A stretch of DNA of 64,000 nt from Bacillota bacterium (GCA_050260675.1 JBLNCN010000011.1:745197-809196); one strand, 5' to 3'; positions 36,579-46,245 are shown, counted from the stretch's first letter. Notes: generated from the sequence alone by a model not told the origin. Numbers and translations are program-made.

Positions 36579-37988
36579 TTAGTGATATCTCGTTACGGTA
36601 AACCTGCTAAGCCGGACATCCTTCTCAAACGGGCTGATGCCGGCCTTCCGTTTGGCTATGCGCACCTGCTCCTTAGCCGTGTCAACGCCGGGAAGGTCAG
36701 GCAGCAGCAAGCCTTTTCTCCCGCCCTTTTGGACAATCACGCCGTACACTTTTGGATCGAGGTCATCCTCTGACTCCACCGGTTCGCTTTCCGAGAGGAC
36801 GTCCACAGAGTAATCGAGGAACGCCAGTTCGTCTTCGCCGATCGGGTCGAACCTGGGATCTCTGGACGCGGCGCTGACCGCGTTCGACACGATTTCATCG
36901 GCCGCCCGCTCGTGTGTAGGCTCGGTGGTGCCGATGCATCCCCGGAGCATACCTTCTTTGTGGATCGAGACGAATACTCCGGCGGGCTTTGACAACTCGG
37001 GAGGCACGTCCCTTGGCGCCGGATCAACTCTGCCGGACCTCACGTGGCTTTCAACTGTCGCTCTCGCAAGCGAAACCGCGAACGTCTCGCCTTGCCGGAG
37101 CCTTGCCATCCTGTCCTCTCTCGCCTTCGCGACAACCCCCAGCCGGGACTCGCCGGTAGACTCCGGATGCAGAAGGACAACCCCGTATCCCACACCGAAC
37201 GGACCCTCGTAGGAAAGCCTTTCCCCACGAGCAGTGTAGCGGTCCAATGCACCCATCATCATCACGATGGGGCGAAGGCCGCACTCGCCGGCATCCTCCG
37301 CAAGGTCAGCCGGGAAAGTGACAGCCTCTTCGGGACGAAAACCCTGGACTATCTCCACCATCTTGGCGTCGAAGTCTTTGCCCCGTGGGTTGTACCCTGC
37401 TGGGGCATCGGGCTTCAGCCTGTGGGACAGGTCTCCTGAGGCAAGCACCGCGATGCTCCGGCCGAGACCCGCCGCAGCCCGTTCGATGACAGCCCCAAAC
37501 CTGTACAAGTCATAAAGAGGCAGGAACCCCATGTTTACAACGACCAGCCGCCCCGAGAAGCCTTTCTCCACAATGAAGTGAAGGGGAACCACCACGCCGT
37601 GGTCCAGTTCCTTCCCGACACCGTACATTTCCATCCTACGGTCGTCAAGTACCGCAAGCGGTAGATCGCGCTCTGCTTGGGCCTCCCGCTCAATTGCCGC
37701 CACCAGTTCGCGGTCGTTCTCAAGCTGCACCCTCACGCCAGAGGCGCCAAAAGCCGAGAGACTGCCGCGAAGAAGGGGTTCTGCTCGGACCGAGACAGCA
37801 TCGGAAAACGTTGGGCCGTGAGGGGTGATGACCACAAGGGTACCGGCGCCGGAACCGGCGAATGCCTGCCCCAGTCTGTTCAGCGCTTCACACGTAGCGG
37901 AGGCCTCCCTCTCCTCTCCCTTGCCTACCGCAGGCACCACTATGGGAGGGTGGGGGGACAGACCTGCGATGACAACCGCCTGTTTCAT
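36579..37988 (-). CDS. Fusion protein: MEMO1 / class-III extradiol-dioxygenase-like domain (AmmeMemoRadiSam protein B) + C-terminal AMMECR1 domain (protein A)
   Basis: N-terminal half: VVITPHGPTF ... VLASGDLSHRL ... YEGPFGVGYGVV. C-terminal half: AGVFVSIHKEGMLRGCIGT ... DPRF.P ... YGVIVQKGGRKGLLLPDLPGV, the AMMECR1 signature. Confidence 0.75.
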   Translation of the reverse strand: MKQAVVIAGLSPHPPIVVPAVGKGEEREASATCEALNRLGQAFAGSGAGTLVVITPHGPTFSDAVSVRAEPLLRGSLSAFGASGVRVQLENDRELVAAIEREAQAERDLPLAVLDDRRMEMYGVGKELDHGVVVPLHFIVEKGFSGRLVVVNMGFLPLYDLYRFGAVIERAAAGLGRSIAVLASGDLSHRLKPDAPAGYNPRGKDFDAKMVEIVQGFRPEEAVTFPADLAEDAGECGLRPIVMMMGALDRYTARGERLSYEGPFGVGYGVVLLHPESTGESRLGVVAKAREDRMARLRQGETFAVSLARATVESHVRSGRVDPAPRDVPPELSKPAGVFVSIHKEGMLRGCIGTTEPTHERAADEIVSNAVSAASRDPRFDPIGEDELAFLDYSVDVLSESEPVESEDDLDPKVYGVIVQKGGRKGLLLPDLPGVDTAKEQVRIAKRKAGISPFEKDVRLSRFTVTRYH

Positions 37989-37991
37989 GCC

Positions 37992-39062
37992 TTACTGCAC
38001 CACCTTTTGCACGAACGGAGAGGTCGCCGCCCTAAGAAGCGCGCTGTAGCCGGGGATGAACGTAAGGACGTCGCCTGTCTTGATCTTGCGCTCCGAGTCC
38101 TCGACATCGCAAATGAGGTGGTCTGATGACGCGCCGATGATGCTTACCCCGCTCTCCACGGGGCGGAGCGAGTCCGGGTCAACGTCCTGACGCCCGACGG
38201 CGAGTATAGCCCGCCTGCGCCGCCCTCTATCCTCGAACGTGAGGACCACCCCAAAGGCGTTCTGGCCTACTCGCCCAAAGGGTACAGAGGGCTTCTCCTG
38301 CACCTCGATCACTTCTGCGGCCACCCTGAACGCGTTCAGGTGACATCCTGGGACAGCCGAGCGCTCGACGGCTTCGGTGCCCAGGAGTATGCTCTCGCCT
38401 ATCCTGAGTTCGGTCACACCGTGGGGAGTCTCTCCCCTAAGGACCATAGGCATGTTGGCCGAATTGCCCCCGGATACGCGCTGAAGGGGCCGGCCAAGCG
38501 CGGCTTCTATGTTCTCTCTGACCTCAAGGAGCATCTCCATCTTCTCGCGGGTAGGGATGACCCCCCCGTAGCAGGCAAGGTTGGTCCCAATGCCGATGAG
38601 TTCCGCACCGGTAACCTGCGCCATTTCCTTGGCGATCCTGACAGCGTTCTCGGTCAAGACTCCCTCTCTCAGGTCACCCAGGTCAACCATCAGGATCACA
38701 CCGTGGCGCTTCCCCAGCCGGATCGCCGCCTCTCCCAAGAGCCGAACGGTGGCCGGATCGGAGTTGAGGCTTACATCCGCTACCTGGACCGCCTCTGCGG
38801 CGCGGGAAGGGGACGGAGCGCGGAGCAGCACGGTCTCCCCTTCGTAGCCGAGGTTGCGGAGGTTGCGCAGCGTTTCGGTCCTCGAGTCGCCGATGGCGGC
38901 TGCGCCTCCGTCGACCATAGCCTTGGCAACCGCGACGTGCCCCATCACACCTTTTGCCACGCCGACTAGGCGCATCCCCTGCCGCCCCAGGAGGCCGGAT
39001 ATGACCCGTGTGTTGTGGCGGACCTTCTCCGTATCTATATACAGCGCGGGATGGGTGATCAT
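37992..39062 (-). CDS. orr: Alanine-racemase-fold PLP enzyme, probable ornithine racemase
   Basis: GVAKGVMGHVAVAKAM ... VSGGNSANMP, in operon context with oraSE/ortAB/ord. The start was placed at Met 39062 (ATGA overlap with the upstream stop). Confidence 0.6.
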   Translation of the reverse strand: MITHPALYIDTEKVRHNTRVISGLLGRQGMRLVGVAKGVMGHVAVAKAMVDGGAAAIGDSRTETLRNLRNLGYEGETVLLRAPSPSRAAEAVQVADVSLNSDPATVRLLGEAAIRLGKRHGVILMVDLGDLREGVLTENAVRIAKEMAQVTGAELIGIGTNLACYGGVIPTREKMEMLLEVRENIEAALGRPLQRVSGGNSANMPMVLRGETPHGVTELRIGESILLGTEAVERSAVPGCHLNAFRVAAEVIEVQEKPSVPFGRVGQNAFGVVLTFEDRGRRRRAILAVGRQDVDPDSLRPVESGVSIIGASSDHLICDVEDSERKIKTGDVLTFIPGYSALLRAATSPFVQKVVQ

Positions 39063-40423
39063 CGCAACTCCAAGCTCCTTAGCAGAATCTGCCTTGCTTC
39101 GTCCGGATACTCGCGGGAAAGGACGCCGCATGAAGCCATAATATACCGTGTGTCCAGGAAGACCGCGGCATCCTTGGGATAAAGCTCCCTGCCGGGACCC
39201 TGCCCTACAAGCTCCCTGAGGGTATCTTCTCCTCCCGGAAGCTTGGTGAGCGCACCTCCCGTTCCGATCACGGTCCTCACACTGGAGAGGTCTTTGCCCA
39301 AAGCCACGGTCTGCCTGCCGGAAGGCCCGTACAGGTACTTGATCCTTCCTGCGTGGCGGCCAAATGCGGTCCTCGCCGCGTAAGCGGAGAAGTACACAAG
39401 CATCCGCACCATTTCCGGGTCCGTCGGGACGACCTGAAGCCGCCCGAGGAGCGTGCCGGGATCAAACCCCAGGTCCCGTTCGGCCTCATCTTTGACCTGC
39501 TGGTAGATGTTCGCGGCGTTGACGTGGATGCCGAGGTCTCCCTCGACAGTCCGTTTCGCCAACGGCTCGGGGCTTTCCAGGATTGACTGGATCTCGGGGC
39601 TGCCTTTCGCGACCGAGTGGACGTCGGTTGTGGCGCCGCCGATATCCAGCGCGCAGAGATCACCTAGGACCGGGTGCAGCATTTTGCAAGCTTCCATCAC
39701 CGCTCCCGGAGTGGGCATTATGGGGCCGTCCACCATGTCGCGAATCCTGTCCATGCCCGGGGCTCCGGTTATGTGCTCTTCAAAGACTTCCTGGATGACA
39801 GCCCTGGCCGGCTCCACAACAAGCTCGTCAACTCTGGGATAGACGTTGTCGACGAGGTAGACTTTGATGCCGGAGGCCTCAAGGATGCCCCGGACCTCGT
39901 CCTGGGCTGCCACGTTCCCGGCGTATATCACGGGGACCTTAAGGCCGCTTCCGGCCAGCAGCTTGGCGTTATTCACGGCCGTGTCCCGCTCGCCGTAGTC
40001 GACTCCGCCCGCCAGCATTATGATCTTGGGCCGGAGCGATGTAAGGCGGCTAAGGTCGCTCTCGGTTATGTCGCCGGCGGTGACCATGCGCACAACCGCG
40101 CCGGCACCCAGCGCCGCTTCCTTGGCCGCTCTCACGGTCATGTCATAGACGAGTCCGTGGACTGTCATCGAGAGCCCGCCGGCGGCGCTCGACGCCGCCA
40201 TCATCCGTCCCCACATCAGCTCCTCGGGAGCGCCCTGGCTCTCGGGGCTCAGCCTCCGGGACAAATCTCCCACCGCAGCGGATAGTCCTATCGTGACGTC
40301 ACCCTGCTCCACAGTTGTGAGTGACATGCCTTGCCCCAGGAGAGCGGGACTGCTCCCAAGGCTGAACGCGCTCACGACCGTGGTGGTGCTCCCTATTTCG
40401 GCGACCAAGGCATCGACTCTCAT
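39059..40423 (-). CDS. GlmL/MutL-family protein (putative B12-enzyme reactivase/accessory factor of D-ornithine aminomutase)
   Basis: Actin/Hsp70-like fold motifs DIGGATTDVHSV and IGTGGALT, located directly after oraE. The start was moved to Met 40423. Confidence 0.55.
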   Translation of the reverse strand: MRVDALVAEIGSTTTVVSAFSLGSSPALLGQGMSLTTVEQGDVTIGLSAAVGDLSRRLSPESQGAPEELMWGRMMAASSAAGGLSMTVHGLVYDMTVRAAKEAALGAGAVVRMVTAGDITESDLSRLTSLRPKIIMLAGGVDYGERDTAVNNAKLLAGSGLKVPVIYAGNVAAQDEVRGILEASGIKVYLVDNVYPRVDELVVEPARAVIQEVFEEHITGAPGMDRIRDMVDGPIMPTPGAVMEACKMLHPVLGDLCALDIGGATTDVHSVAKGSPEIQSILESPEPLAKRTVEGDLGIHVNAANIYQQVKDEAERDLGFDPGTLLGRLQVVPTDPEMVRMLVYFSAYAARTAFGRHAGRIKYLYGPSGRQTVALGKDLSSVRTVIGTGGALTKLPGGEDTLRELVGQGPGRELYPKDAAVFLDTRYIMASCGVLSREYPDEARQILLRSLELR

Positions 40424-40431
40424 GGCGGCCT

Positions 40432-42663
40432 CTAGCCGTTCCCCCTGTCTTTGGGGAGCTTGCCTTTCCCCTCTTTCCACAGTTCCTGGCGCTTCTTGCA
40501 CAGGAACGACGCGACGTGTATCCCCTTGGTGCCGCGGCCAAAACCGGCATCCAGTCCGGCCGCCACCGCCAGTTCATTTGTTACCTGGGTCCCGCCGCCG
40601 ACCAGCATGAACTGGTCCCGAACGCCTTTCTCCCTGCAGAGCATGTTCAGGCGCTCCATGTTCTTCCTGTGGATGTCGGCGTGGCTGATGATGGTGGATA
40701 TGAGGATAGCGTCGGCGTCTTCCTCGATGGCTGCGTCGACCACCTTGTCGATGGAGACTGACGTGCCCAGGTAAGTCGCCCTAATGCCAAACCCCTCGAT
40801 GCCCCCGTGTTTGATGTCGATGATCTCGCGCATCCCTACCGAGTGCTCATCCTCGCCTACAGTGGCGCATACGACCTTCATGGGGTTTTTGCGGATGTCC
40901 TCCCGTATCTCCTCGGCCGAAAGCACTTCCGGCTTCTCGGGTATTTTGAGCGAGTTCCTGTCTATGGAGAAAGGAAGCCGCGCCTTGATCTCAACCAGAG
41001 TGCCCTCGGCCGGATGAGCGATGCCTTTGTGGATGACCTCCGGCTCCAGGAGTCCGAGCTTGCGCGCCATTTCCAGAGCGGCGTACTCGGCTATCCGCTC
41101 GCTTTCGGCTATGAAGATGGTGAGGGTCAGGTATCCGTCGTTGGCCCACTGAACCTCGGGTTTTATGGCGCCGGTGGCCAGTTCCTTCGCGACCGGTGCG
41201 TACCTTCGCTCCACGTTATCCTCGGGATCGAGTTCGTCGATGAAGACTATCTTGTCGCGATCGCACAGGGTACAGCCGTCTATCAGCGCGCATGGCCGGG
41301 AGCTGTCGCCCGGCAGGTTGTTGTAGCCGAAGTGGTGGCACACGGGGGCCATGTAGTCGCCGTCGCGGGGGACGATGCTGGATGCGGCTATCCCGCCCAT
41401 TGGGTCCCTGCGTATGCCGTCGCCGTTCCTCTCGGGGTACAGTCCCGAGTCCACGAACATACCCTGCTCTACCGCCCGGAAGTACCCCATCTCCTTGACT
41501 TCCTCCAGGTACAGCACCGCGCGTTCCGCCAATTCCCGTACCTTCGCCGGGAGAGGACCGTCCTTGCGAAGCTCAACCATTTCGAGGATCCCGTCCATGC
41601 CAAGGAGGGTCTGCTTGGCGGTGTCTACAGCCGCCAGGTTGTTATAGTGCCAGGGGACATTGCGGCCTTCGTCCGGCGTGATGGTGCTCTGGACGTCGGC
41701 GGAAGTTAGCCGAGACAGCACCAAGTTCATGGTGTGAGTCACCGTGGCTTCGCGGGAGTCCGATTCAATGTACCTGGTATTCTGCTGAGCCCTGATCTTG
41801 TAGTCCGAGAACAGCCACCTTACCGCCACGGCATAGGGTAGGTCGTAGGACATGGCAGGAGCAGGCGGCGCGGTCGGCGGCACGCTGGAAAGGGCGATGT
41901 GGTCCGGGGCCATTCCGATCATCTTTGAGTACGCGCAGTTTATGGCGTGCTGCACCAAAAGCTCGGGCATCACTTTCCAGGCTTCCCTCGCCGTCGCGTT
42001 GGCGTTGTGGGCCCCGTCTATCTGCAGTATCCCGGCGTCTGCCATGATCTTCTTGGCCACGGCGGCATCCACGAAGGACCGCTCCATGTTGACGTTGCGG
42101 TAAAGCACGTTGTACTGGGGGTCTTGATGTGCGCCGTTCACGCCCTCTTCAGCGAACAGCACCGCTATCTCGGGTCCCGCCACTCCCGAAACGTAGGAAT
42201 GGAAGTTCAGGGGCCGGCCCACCTCGTCTTCGATGAGGTCGAGGGCCTTTCTGGTCGCCCTGAGCTGCTTCCTGGTGATCGGAATGCCGCCCACGCCCTC
42301 GGGAGTCCCCTCCAGAAGGCCGTCAATGTGGCTTTGGCCCGTAGTGCGGATGACCATCATGTGGTCGGCGCCGTGCCAGGCTGCCATCCTCATGCGCCTT
42401 ATGTCGTCCTCGAAACGCCCTGAGGCTATCTCGGTGGTGATCACGTAGTCGGGCTGGGGATCGAGCCCCCCGAAGTACTTGGCGGCCGGAAGGGGCACTG
42501 ACCTGTGCAAAGGAGCTGAGGTCTCCTTGTACGTGAAGGGGCCGACCTTCTGGTCCGGTATCTTCGTGCGCCAGGTCCACCCTGTCCGCCTCGGGTGGTA
42601 GTGCTCAAGGTCCTTAAGGACCTCTCCTATATCTATCTTGCGGTTGGGGTCGAGGCGCTGCAT
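40432..42663 (-). CDS. oraE: D-ornithine 4,5-aminomutase subunit E (PLP + adenosylcobalamin)
   Basis: 743 aa. Contains the C-terminal B12-binding DxHxxG (GEDEHSVG) and ...VGGG. Preceded by the small OraS partner. Confidence 0.8.
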   Translation of the reverse strand: MQRLDPNRKIDIGEVLKDLEHYHPRRTGWTWRTKIPDQKVGPFTYKETSAPLHRSVPLPAAKYFGGLDPQPDYVITTEIASGRFEDDIRRMRMAAWHGADHMMVIRTTGQSHIDGLLEGTPEGVGGIPITRKQLRATRKALDLIEDEVGRPLNFHSYVSGVAGPEIAVLFAEEGVNGAHQDPQYNVLYRNVNMERSFVDAAVAKKIMADAGILQIDGAHNANATAREAWKVMPELLVQHAINCAYSKMIGMAPDHIALSSVPPTAPPAPAMSYDLPYAVAVRWLFSDYKIRAQQNTRYIESDSREATVTHTMNLVLSRLTSADVQSTITPDEGRNVPWHYNNLAAVDTAKQTLLGMDGILEMVELRKDGPLPAKVRELAERAVLYLEEVKEMGYFRAVEQGMFVDSGLYPERNGDGIRRDPMGGIAASSIVPRDGDYMAPVCHHFGYNNLPGDSSRPCALIDGCTLCDRDKIVFIDELDPEDNVERRYAPVAKELATGAIKPEVQWANDGYLTLTIFIAESERIAEYAALEMARKLGLLEPEVIHKGIAHPAEGTLVEIKARLPFSIDRNSLKIPEKPEVLSAEEIREDIRKNPMKVVCATVGEDEHSVGMREIIDIKHGGIEGFGIRATYLGTSVSIDKVVDAAIEEDADAILISTIISHADIHRKNMERLNMLCREKGVRDQFMLVGGGTQVTNELAVAAGLDAGFGRGTKGIHVASFLCKKRQELWKEGKGKLPKDRGNG

Positions 42664-43034
42664 GCCCGCTCACCTCCGAACGAAGCCTTCAGCTCGTCCC
42701 ATCCCTTGCCGTTGGCAAGGTCGCGTCCGGCCTCGAGGTACTCTTTGCCTGTCTCTTGCGCGTACCGGAGCACAAGGTGCCCCGCTCCCTTGCCGAGGAG
42801 GCCCCGCTTCTCAGCAGCGCTGACAATGGCGGCTGCCTCCAGGCTGGAAAACCCCATGCGCAGGAGCACTGACCGCTCGATAGAAGGCGAAGTATGGTTG
42901 TATGCGAGATCGTAAAGAGGCTTCACAATATCCTCGGCCAAGCGCCAGAACCTTTCTTTCAGTTGCTCGTCAGAGAGGCCTCTTAAGTGCTCGCGCCGTT
43001 TCTCGAAATCTGATGGCCGCCCCACCGCGCTCAC
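42633..43034 (-). CDS. oraS: D-ornithine 4,5-aminomutase subunit S
   Basis: 133 aa helical protein, translationally coupled to oraE and ortB. Confidence 0.75.
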   Translation of the reverse strand: MSAVGRPSDFEKRREHLRGLSDEQLKERFWRLAEDIVKPLYDLAYNHTSPSIERSVLLRMGFSSLEAAAIVSAAEKRGLLGKGAGHLVLRYAQETGKEYLEAGRDLANGKGWDELKASFGGERACSASTPTAR

Positions 43035-44440
43035 CTCACTCTTACGCCGAGTTCCCCCAGCATCCTGGCGGTATCCGCCTCGGTCTGGGATGAGTCCTCG
43101 GCGAGGAATTTGACTTCTTCCGGACCTGCTTCCCGAAGATTGTTCTTCTCAACGGCGTTTCGGATATACGACCTTCTCATCCTCGTCAGGTCCATTTCGG
43201 TGACATGCAGCTGGTCGAACCGCTCGGGTATCACGATGGCTTTGCCCGGCACGTTGTCCTTTGGATCGCCGCGCCTGACCTCCACCCCGTTCCTGCGGGC
43301 AAAGTCCAGTTGCGCCTGAGGATGCTTGCCGGCGCCGGTGTACTCGGTCTCCTGCACCACTACTATCTCGTCATGGGGGAGTTCCCTGGCCAGGGGGATC
43401 GCTGCCGCCAGCGACGTGTTACCGGCGGGTCCTCTTTCCATGCCTTCGACGGTGGAGAGCGCCTCGGTCACATAGAAGACCTCGCCCTGGGTGACGGTGA
43501 CGTACCTATCCAGATACCTTAGGGGTCTCGCGGCGTTCCGGGGGACGTCTGTCCTGTCTGGCCAGGTGGCGAAAGGCACCCCGAAGCCGGTGTGCCCGGT
43601 GGTGAAGGATTTCCTGTTGAAGTCGTGGTCCGACGCCATATGGAGCCCCGATAGGTCTACACTGGCGCCAATGACTTTGGTGTTAAGGGCGCCCGCTCTG
43701 CGCAAGCCTCTGGCAGTGCCGGTCACGTTTCCGCCGCCTGCATGGGTGACCACCACGTACGCGGGGTCCTTGCCGTAGCGCTCGCGGACGTCCCTGACCA
43801 GCTCCCATCCCAGGGTCTCGATGCCGGCGATGCCGAACGAGCTGTACAAGGAAGCGTTGAAGTACCCGGTCTCTTCGAGGAGTTTCAAAGCGACGTAGAA
43901 CAGCTCCGGGCCGACAGTAAGCTGGATCACTTCAGCCCCGTATGCCTCGCACTTCCTGGACTTCTCGATGATCTCCGGCTGGCCGACCTGCCGGGAGTCG
44001 AACACTTCCTGGACGATGATGCATCCCAGATTGCGCATGGCAGCCTGGGACGCCACAGCCGCGCCGTAGTTGCCGCTGGTGGCCGCAAGCACTCCCGGAT
44101 AACCGGCCTTCTTAGCCTGGTAGGTCGAGATGGACGACCGCCTGTCTTTGAAGCTGCCCGAAGGGTTGGCCGCCTCGTCCTTCACCAGGATCCTGGCGCC
44201 ATACCCAGGCTTTGAAGTCATCCTGACCAGTTCGGTGATATTCTTCAGCTCCAGGAGCGGCGTGTCGCCGACGCCCACGTCCTTTTGGATCTTCCTTACT
44301 TCCTCAAAGGGATAGGCGGCCTTGGTCATCATGGCTTCGTAATCAAACGCGATGCCGCCGGTCTCGAACTCGCCGTACTCTACGCCCAAGGCCTTCCTCA
44401 TGATCTCGGCCCTGCGAGCCATAACCGCAGCGTAGGACAT
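43031..44440 (-). CDS. ortB: 2-amino-4-ketopentanoate thiolase beta subunit (PLP, Trp-synthase-beta fold)
   Basis: PLP-lysine motif SGSFKDRRS, the glycine loop HAGGGNVTG. The start was trimmed to MSYAAVMARRAEIM; the 69-aa Arg-rich track extension is spurious. Confidence 0.8.
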   Translation of the reverse strand: MSYAAVMARRAEIMRKALGVEYGEFETGGIAFDYEAMMTKAAYPFEEVRKIQKDVGVGDTPLLELKNITELVRMTSKPGYGARILVKDEAANPSGSFKDRRSSISTYQAKKAGYPGVLAATSGNYGAAVASQAAMRNLGCIIVQEVFDSRQVGQPEIIEKSRKCEAYGAEVIQLTVGPELFYVALKLLEETGYFNASLYSSFGIAGIETLGWELVRDVRERYGKDPAYVVVTHAGGGNVTGTARGLRRAGALNTKVIGASVDLSGLHMASDHDFNRKSFTTGHTGFGVPFATWPDRTDVPRNAARPLRYLDRYVTVTQGEVFYVTEALSTVEGMERGPAGNTSLAAAIPLARELPHDEIVVVQETEYTGAGKHPQAQLDFARRNGVEVRRGDPKDNVPGKAIVIPERFDQLHVTEMDLTRMRRSYIRNAVEKNNLREAGPEEVKFLAEDSSQTEADTARMLGELGVRVR

Positions 44441-44448
44441 GTCCCTAC

Positions 44449-44760
44449 TCAAACGCCCCTCCCCCTTTTCAGCATCGCCCGGAGTTCCTGGGCGATTGGG
44501 GCAAGTTCGGGCACCAAAGGCCCGTAGGTGTGGGCGTAGCCTGGGTCCAATCGCGTGAGGGTGCCGGTGACGATCCTTCCGGCTTGGGTTTCTATCTCGA
44601 CTTCCTCTCCCACCGCCGCCTCGCCGCGGGCGCGTCCCTTGATCCACGCCTCGAGAGGCACTTTGCTTGTGTCATCGGGGACGCCTGCTGCCCGCTCTCC
44701 CACAGGCAGAATCACTTGGTGTATCTCAACCAAGTCTCCCACCCTGCATCTTGCGTCCAT
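44449..44760 (-). CDS. ortA: 2-amino-4-ketopentanoate thiolase alpha subunit
   Basis: About 100 aa, immediately upstream of ortB with a 6-nt gap to ord. Confidence 0.75.
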   Translation of the reverse strand: MDARCRVGDLVEIHQVILPVGERAAGVPDDTSKVPLEAWIKGRARGEAAVGEEVEIETQAGRIVTGTLTRLDPGYAHTYGPLVPELAPIAQELRAMLKRGRGV

Positions 44761-44766
44761 CCCCGG

Positions 44767-45819
44767 TCACCTCCCCTTATCCATCCCTGTTGCCGTCCTC
44801 AAGGACGACGAGAGGATGGCCCTGGGCACCGGGAGGTCGGCCATGGTAACGAGGCCCGGCCTGGCCGCGGTAACCAGCGGGATCATGTTCACAGCCGCGG
44901 CGATGGTGCCGATGCCGCCGGGGATCTCAGGCTTTATCGATAGGTTGACAGGCGGATCGCCCTGGATAGTGATGTAGTCGCCCGTGTCCACTCCCTCGGC
45001 TTCCGGGCAGATCTGCTGCGGGTGCTCCAGGAAGATAACCTCGCGTTCGCCGGCGTAGGCCCTTGCGGTGTGCCTGCATCCGGCCACATTTCCAGGCATC
45101 ACGTGGGCGTAGCGGGTCTTTCTTTCAATGTTGGTGATGATCGGTTCCCGCTCCTCAACCACCTTGTCGATTTTCCAACCCAGAGCTTCCCCAATCATGT
45201 AGATGGACTGCTGGAAGCCGACATGGCCAACGATGTCGCCGCTCTCGATCCCCTTCTTGAACTCGTCGGGCGTTGTCCCGACGCCCTGGGTCCTCATGAC
45301 CGTGGGACCAAACGGCGCAAGGTCGTTCACTCTCTTGGCGTAGATGTGGCGGACGTCCCGGCAGATGCCCGTAAGCGAGATCACCAGCGTGTCCAGAACA
45401 AATCCGGGGTTGATGCCGGTCCCGAGCACGGTCTTCCCTGCCGCCTTAGCGAGCGCGTCCATCTTCTTCGATAGGTCGGGCTCAACCGCCCAAGGGTAAG
45501 CCATTTCCTCCGCGATGGTGACTACGTTGCATCCGTGCTCCAACGCTGAGGTGATGTGAGGGAATACATCGGTAACGAATGAGGAGGTGGCAATCACAAC
45601 TATGTCTGGTTTCGCGGCGAAAGCATCATCGAGGTTGCTGGTCACCGTCACTCCGGCCCGGCCTGCCCCCAGGAGTTCTCCGAGGTCCCTACCCACTTTG
45701 GACGCATTCTGCTCGAGAGCGGAGACGACTTTGAGTCCATCCTTCTTCAGTAGGAGTTCAGCCATCCCGCTGCCCATTGCTCCGAGGCCCCAAAGCATCA
45801 CTCTAGTTTCCGTGGGCAT
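44767..45819 (-). CDS. ord: 2,4-diaminopentanoate dehydrogenase (DapB-like NAD(P) oxidoreductase)
   Basis: Rossmann motif [12 protein letters not shown] and a DapB-like C-terminal domain. The start was placed at Met 45819, 7 nt after a GAGGTGA RBS. Confidence 0.75.
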   Translation of the reverse strand: MPTETRVMLWGLGAMGSGMAELLLKKDGLKVVSALEQNASKVGRDLGELLGAGRAGVTVTSNLDDAFAAKPDIVVIATSSFVTDVFPHITSALEHGCNVVTIAEEMAYPWAVEPDLSKKMDALAKAAGKTVLGTGINPGFVLDTLVISLTGICRDVRHIYAKRVNDLAPFGPTVMRTQGVGTTPDEFKKGIESGDIVGHVGFQQSIYMIGEALGWKIDKVVEEREPIITNIERKTRYAHVMPGNVAGCRHTARAYAGEREVIFLEHPQQICPEAEGVDTGDYITIQGDPPVNLSIKPEIPGGIGTIAAAVNMIPLVTAARPGLVTMADLPVPRAILSSSLRTATGMDKGR

Positions 45820-46033
45820 CGTTTCACCTCTCTTCAAGTTTTAGGGGAACATTTTCGTTAGGAGTCTGCCCATACGGACCGCATTTCTCCTACCTTATGC
45901 ATTCTTGCATATAAAGGAAAATCCTGCTGCTGTCGGACCTAGGGTGGTGGCGGAGCTACCCCGGGCCCCCTCGGCACGTGTCAACCTCCCCATCAGCAAA
46001 ATCAGAACCCGTCGTTCTGCCCATCGATAATCC

Positions 46034-46245
46034 GGATTGGTAGCTTTCATCATCACGTCGGAGGGGATTGGTAGCTTTTATCATCACATCGTAGAGGATT
46101 GGTAGCTTTCATCGTCACGTCGAAGAGGATTTGTAGCTTCCATCATCACGCCGAAAGGGATTTGTAGCTTTTGTCATCAGGTCGAAGGGGATTGGTAGCT
46201 TTCATCATCACATCGGAATGGGATGAAGTCAGGATTGGTCTTCCT
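46034..46245. repeat. Spacer-less tandem array of a 31-bp unit, about 6.5 copies (GGATTGGTAGCTTTCATCATCACGTCGGAGG and variants)
   Basis: Read directly from the sequence. Unit starts are at 46034, 46065, 46096, 46127, 46158, 46189 plus a partial copy. The array lies in the divergent gap between ord and the GNAT gene. Confidence 0.85.

Noticed and set aside
40432-40501. Long N-terminal extension of the GlmL-like gene overlapping oraE by 70 nt
   Set aside because: The internal Met at 40423 gives a typical 10-nt overlap, and homology to the actin-fold family starts after it.
46034-46245. Possible CRISPR array
   Set aside because: Units are CRISPR-repeat length, but they are contiguous with no spacers and no cas genes occur in the window. 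Treated as a tandem minisatellite instead.
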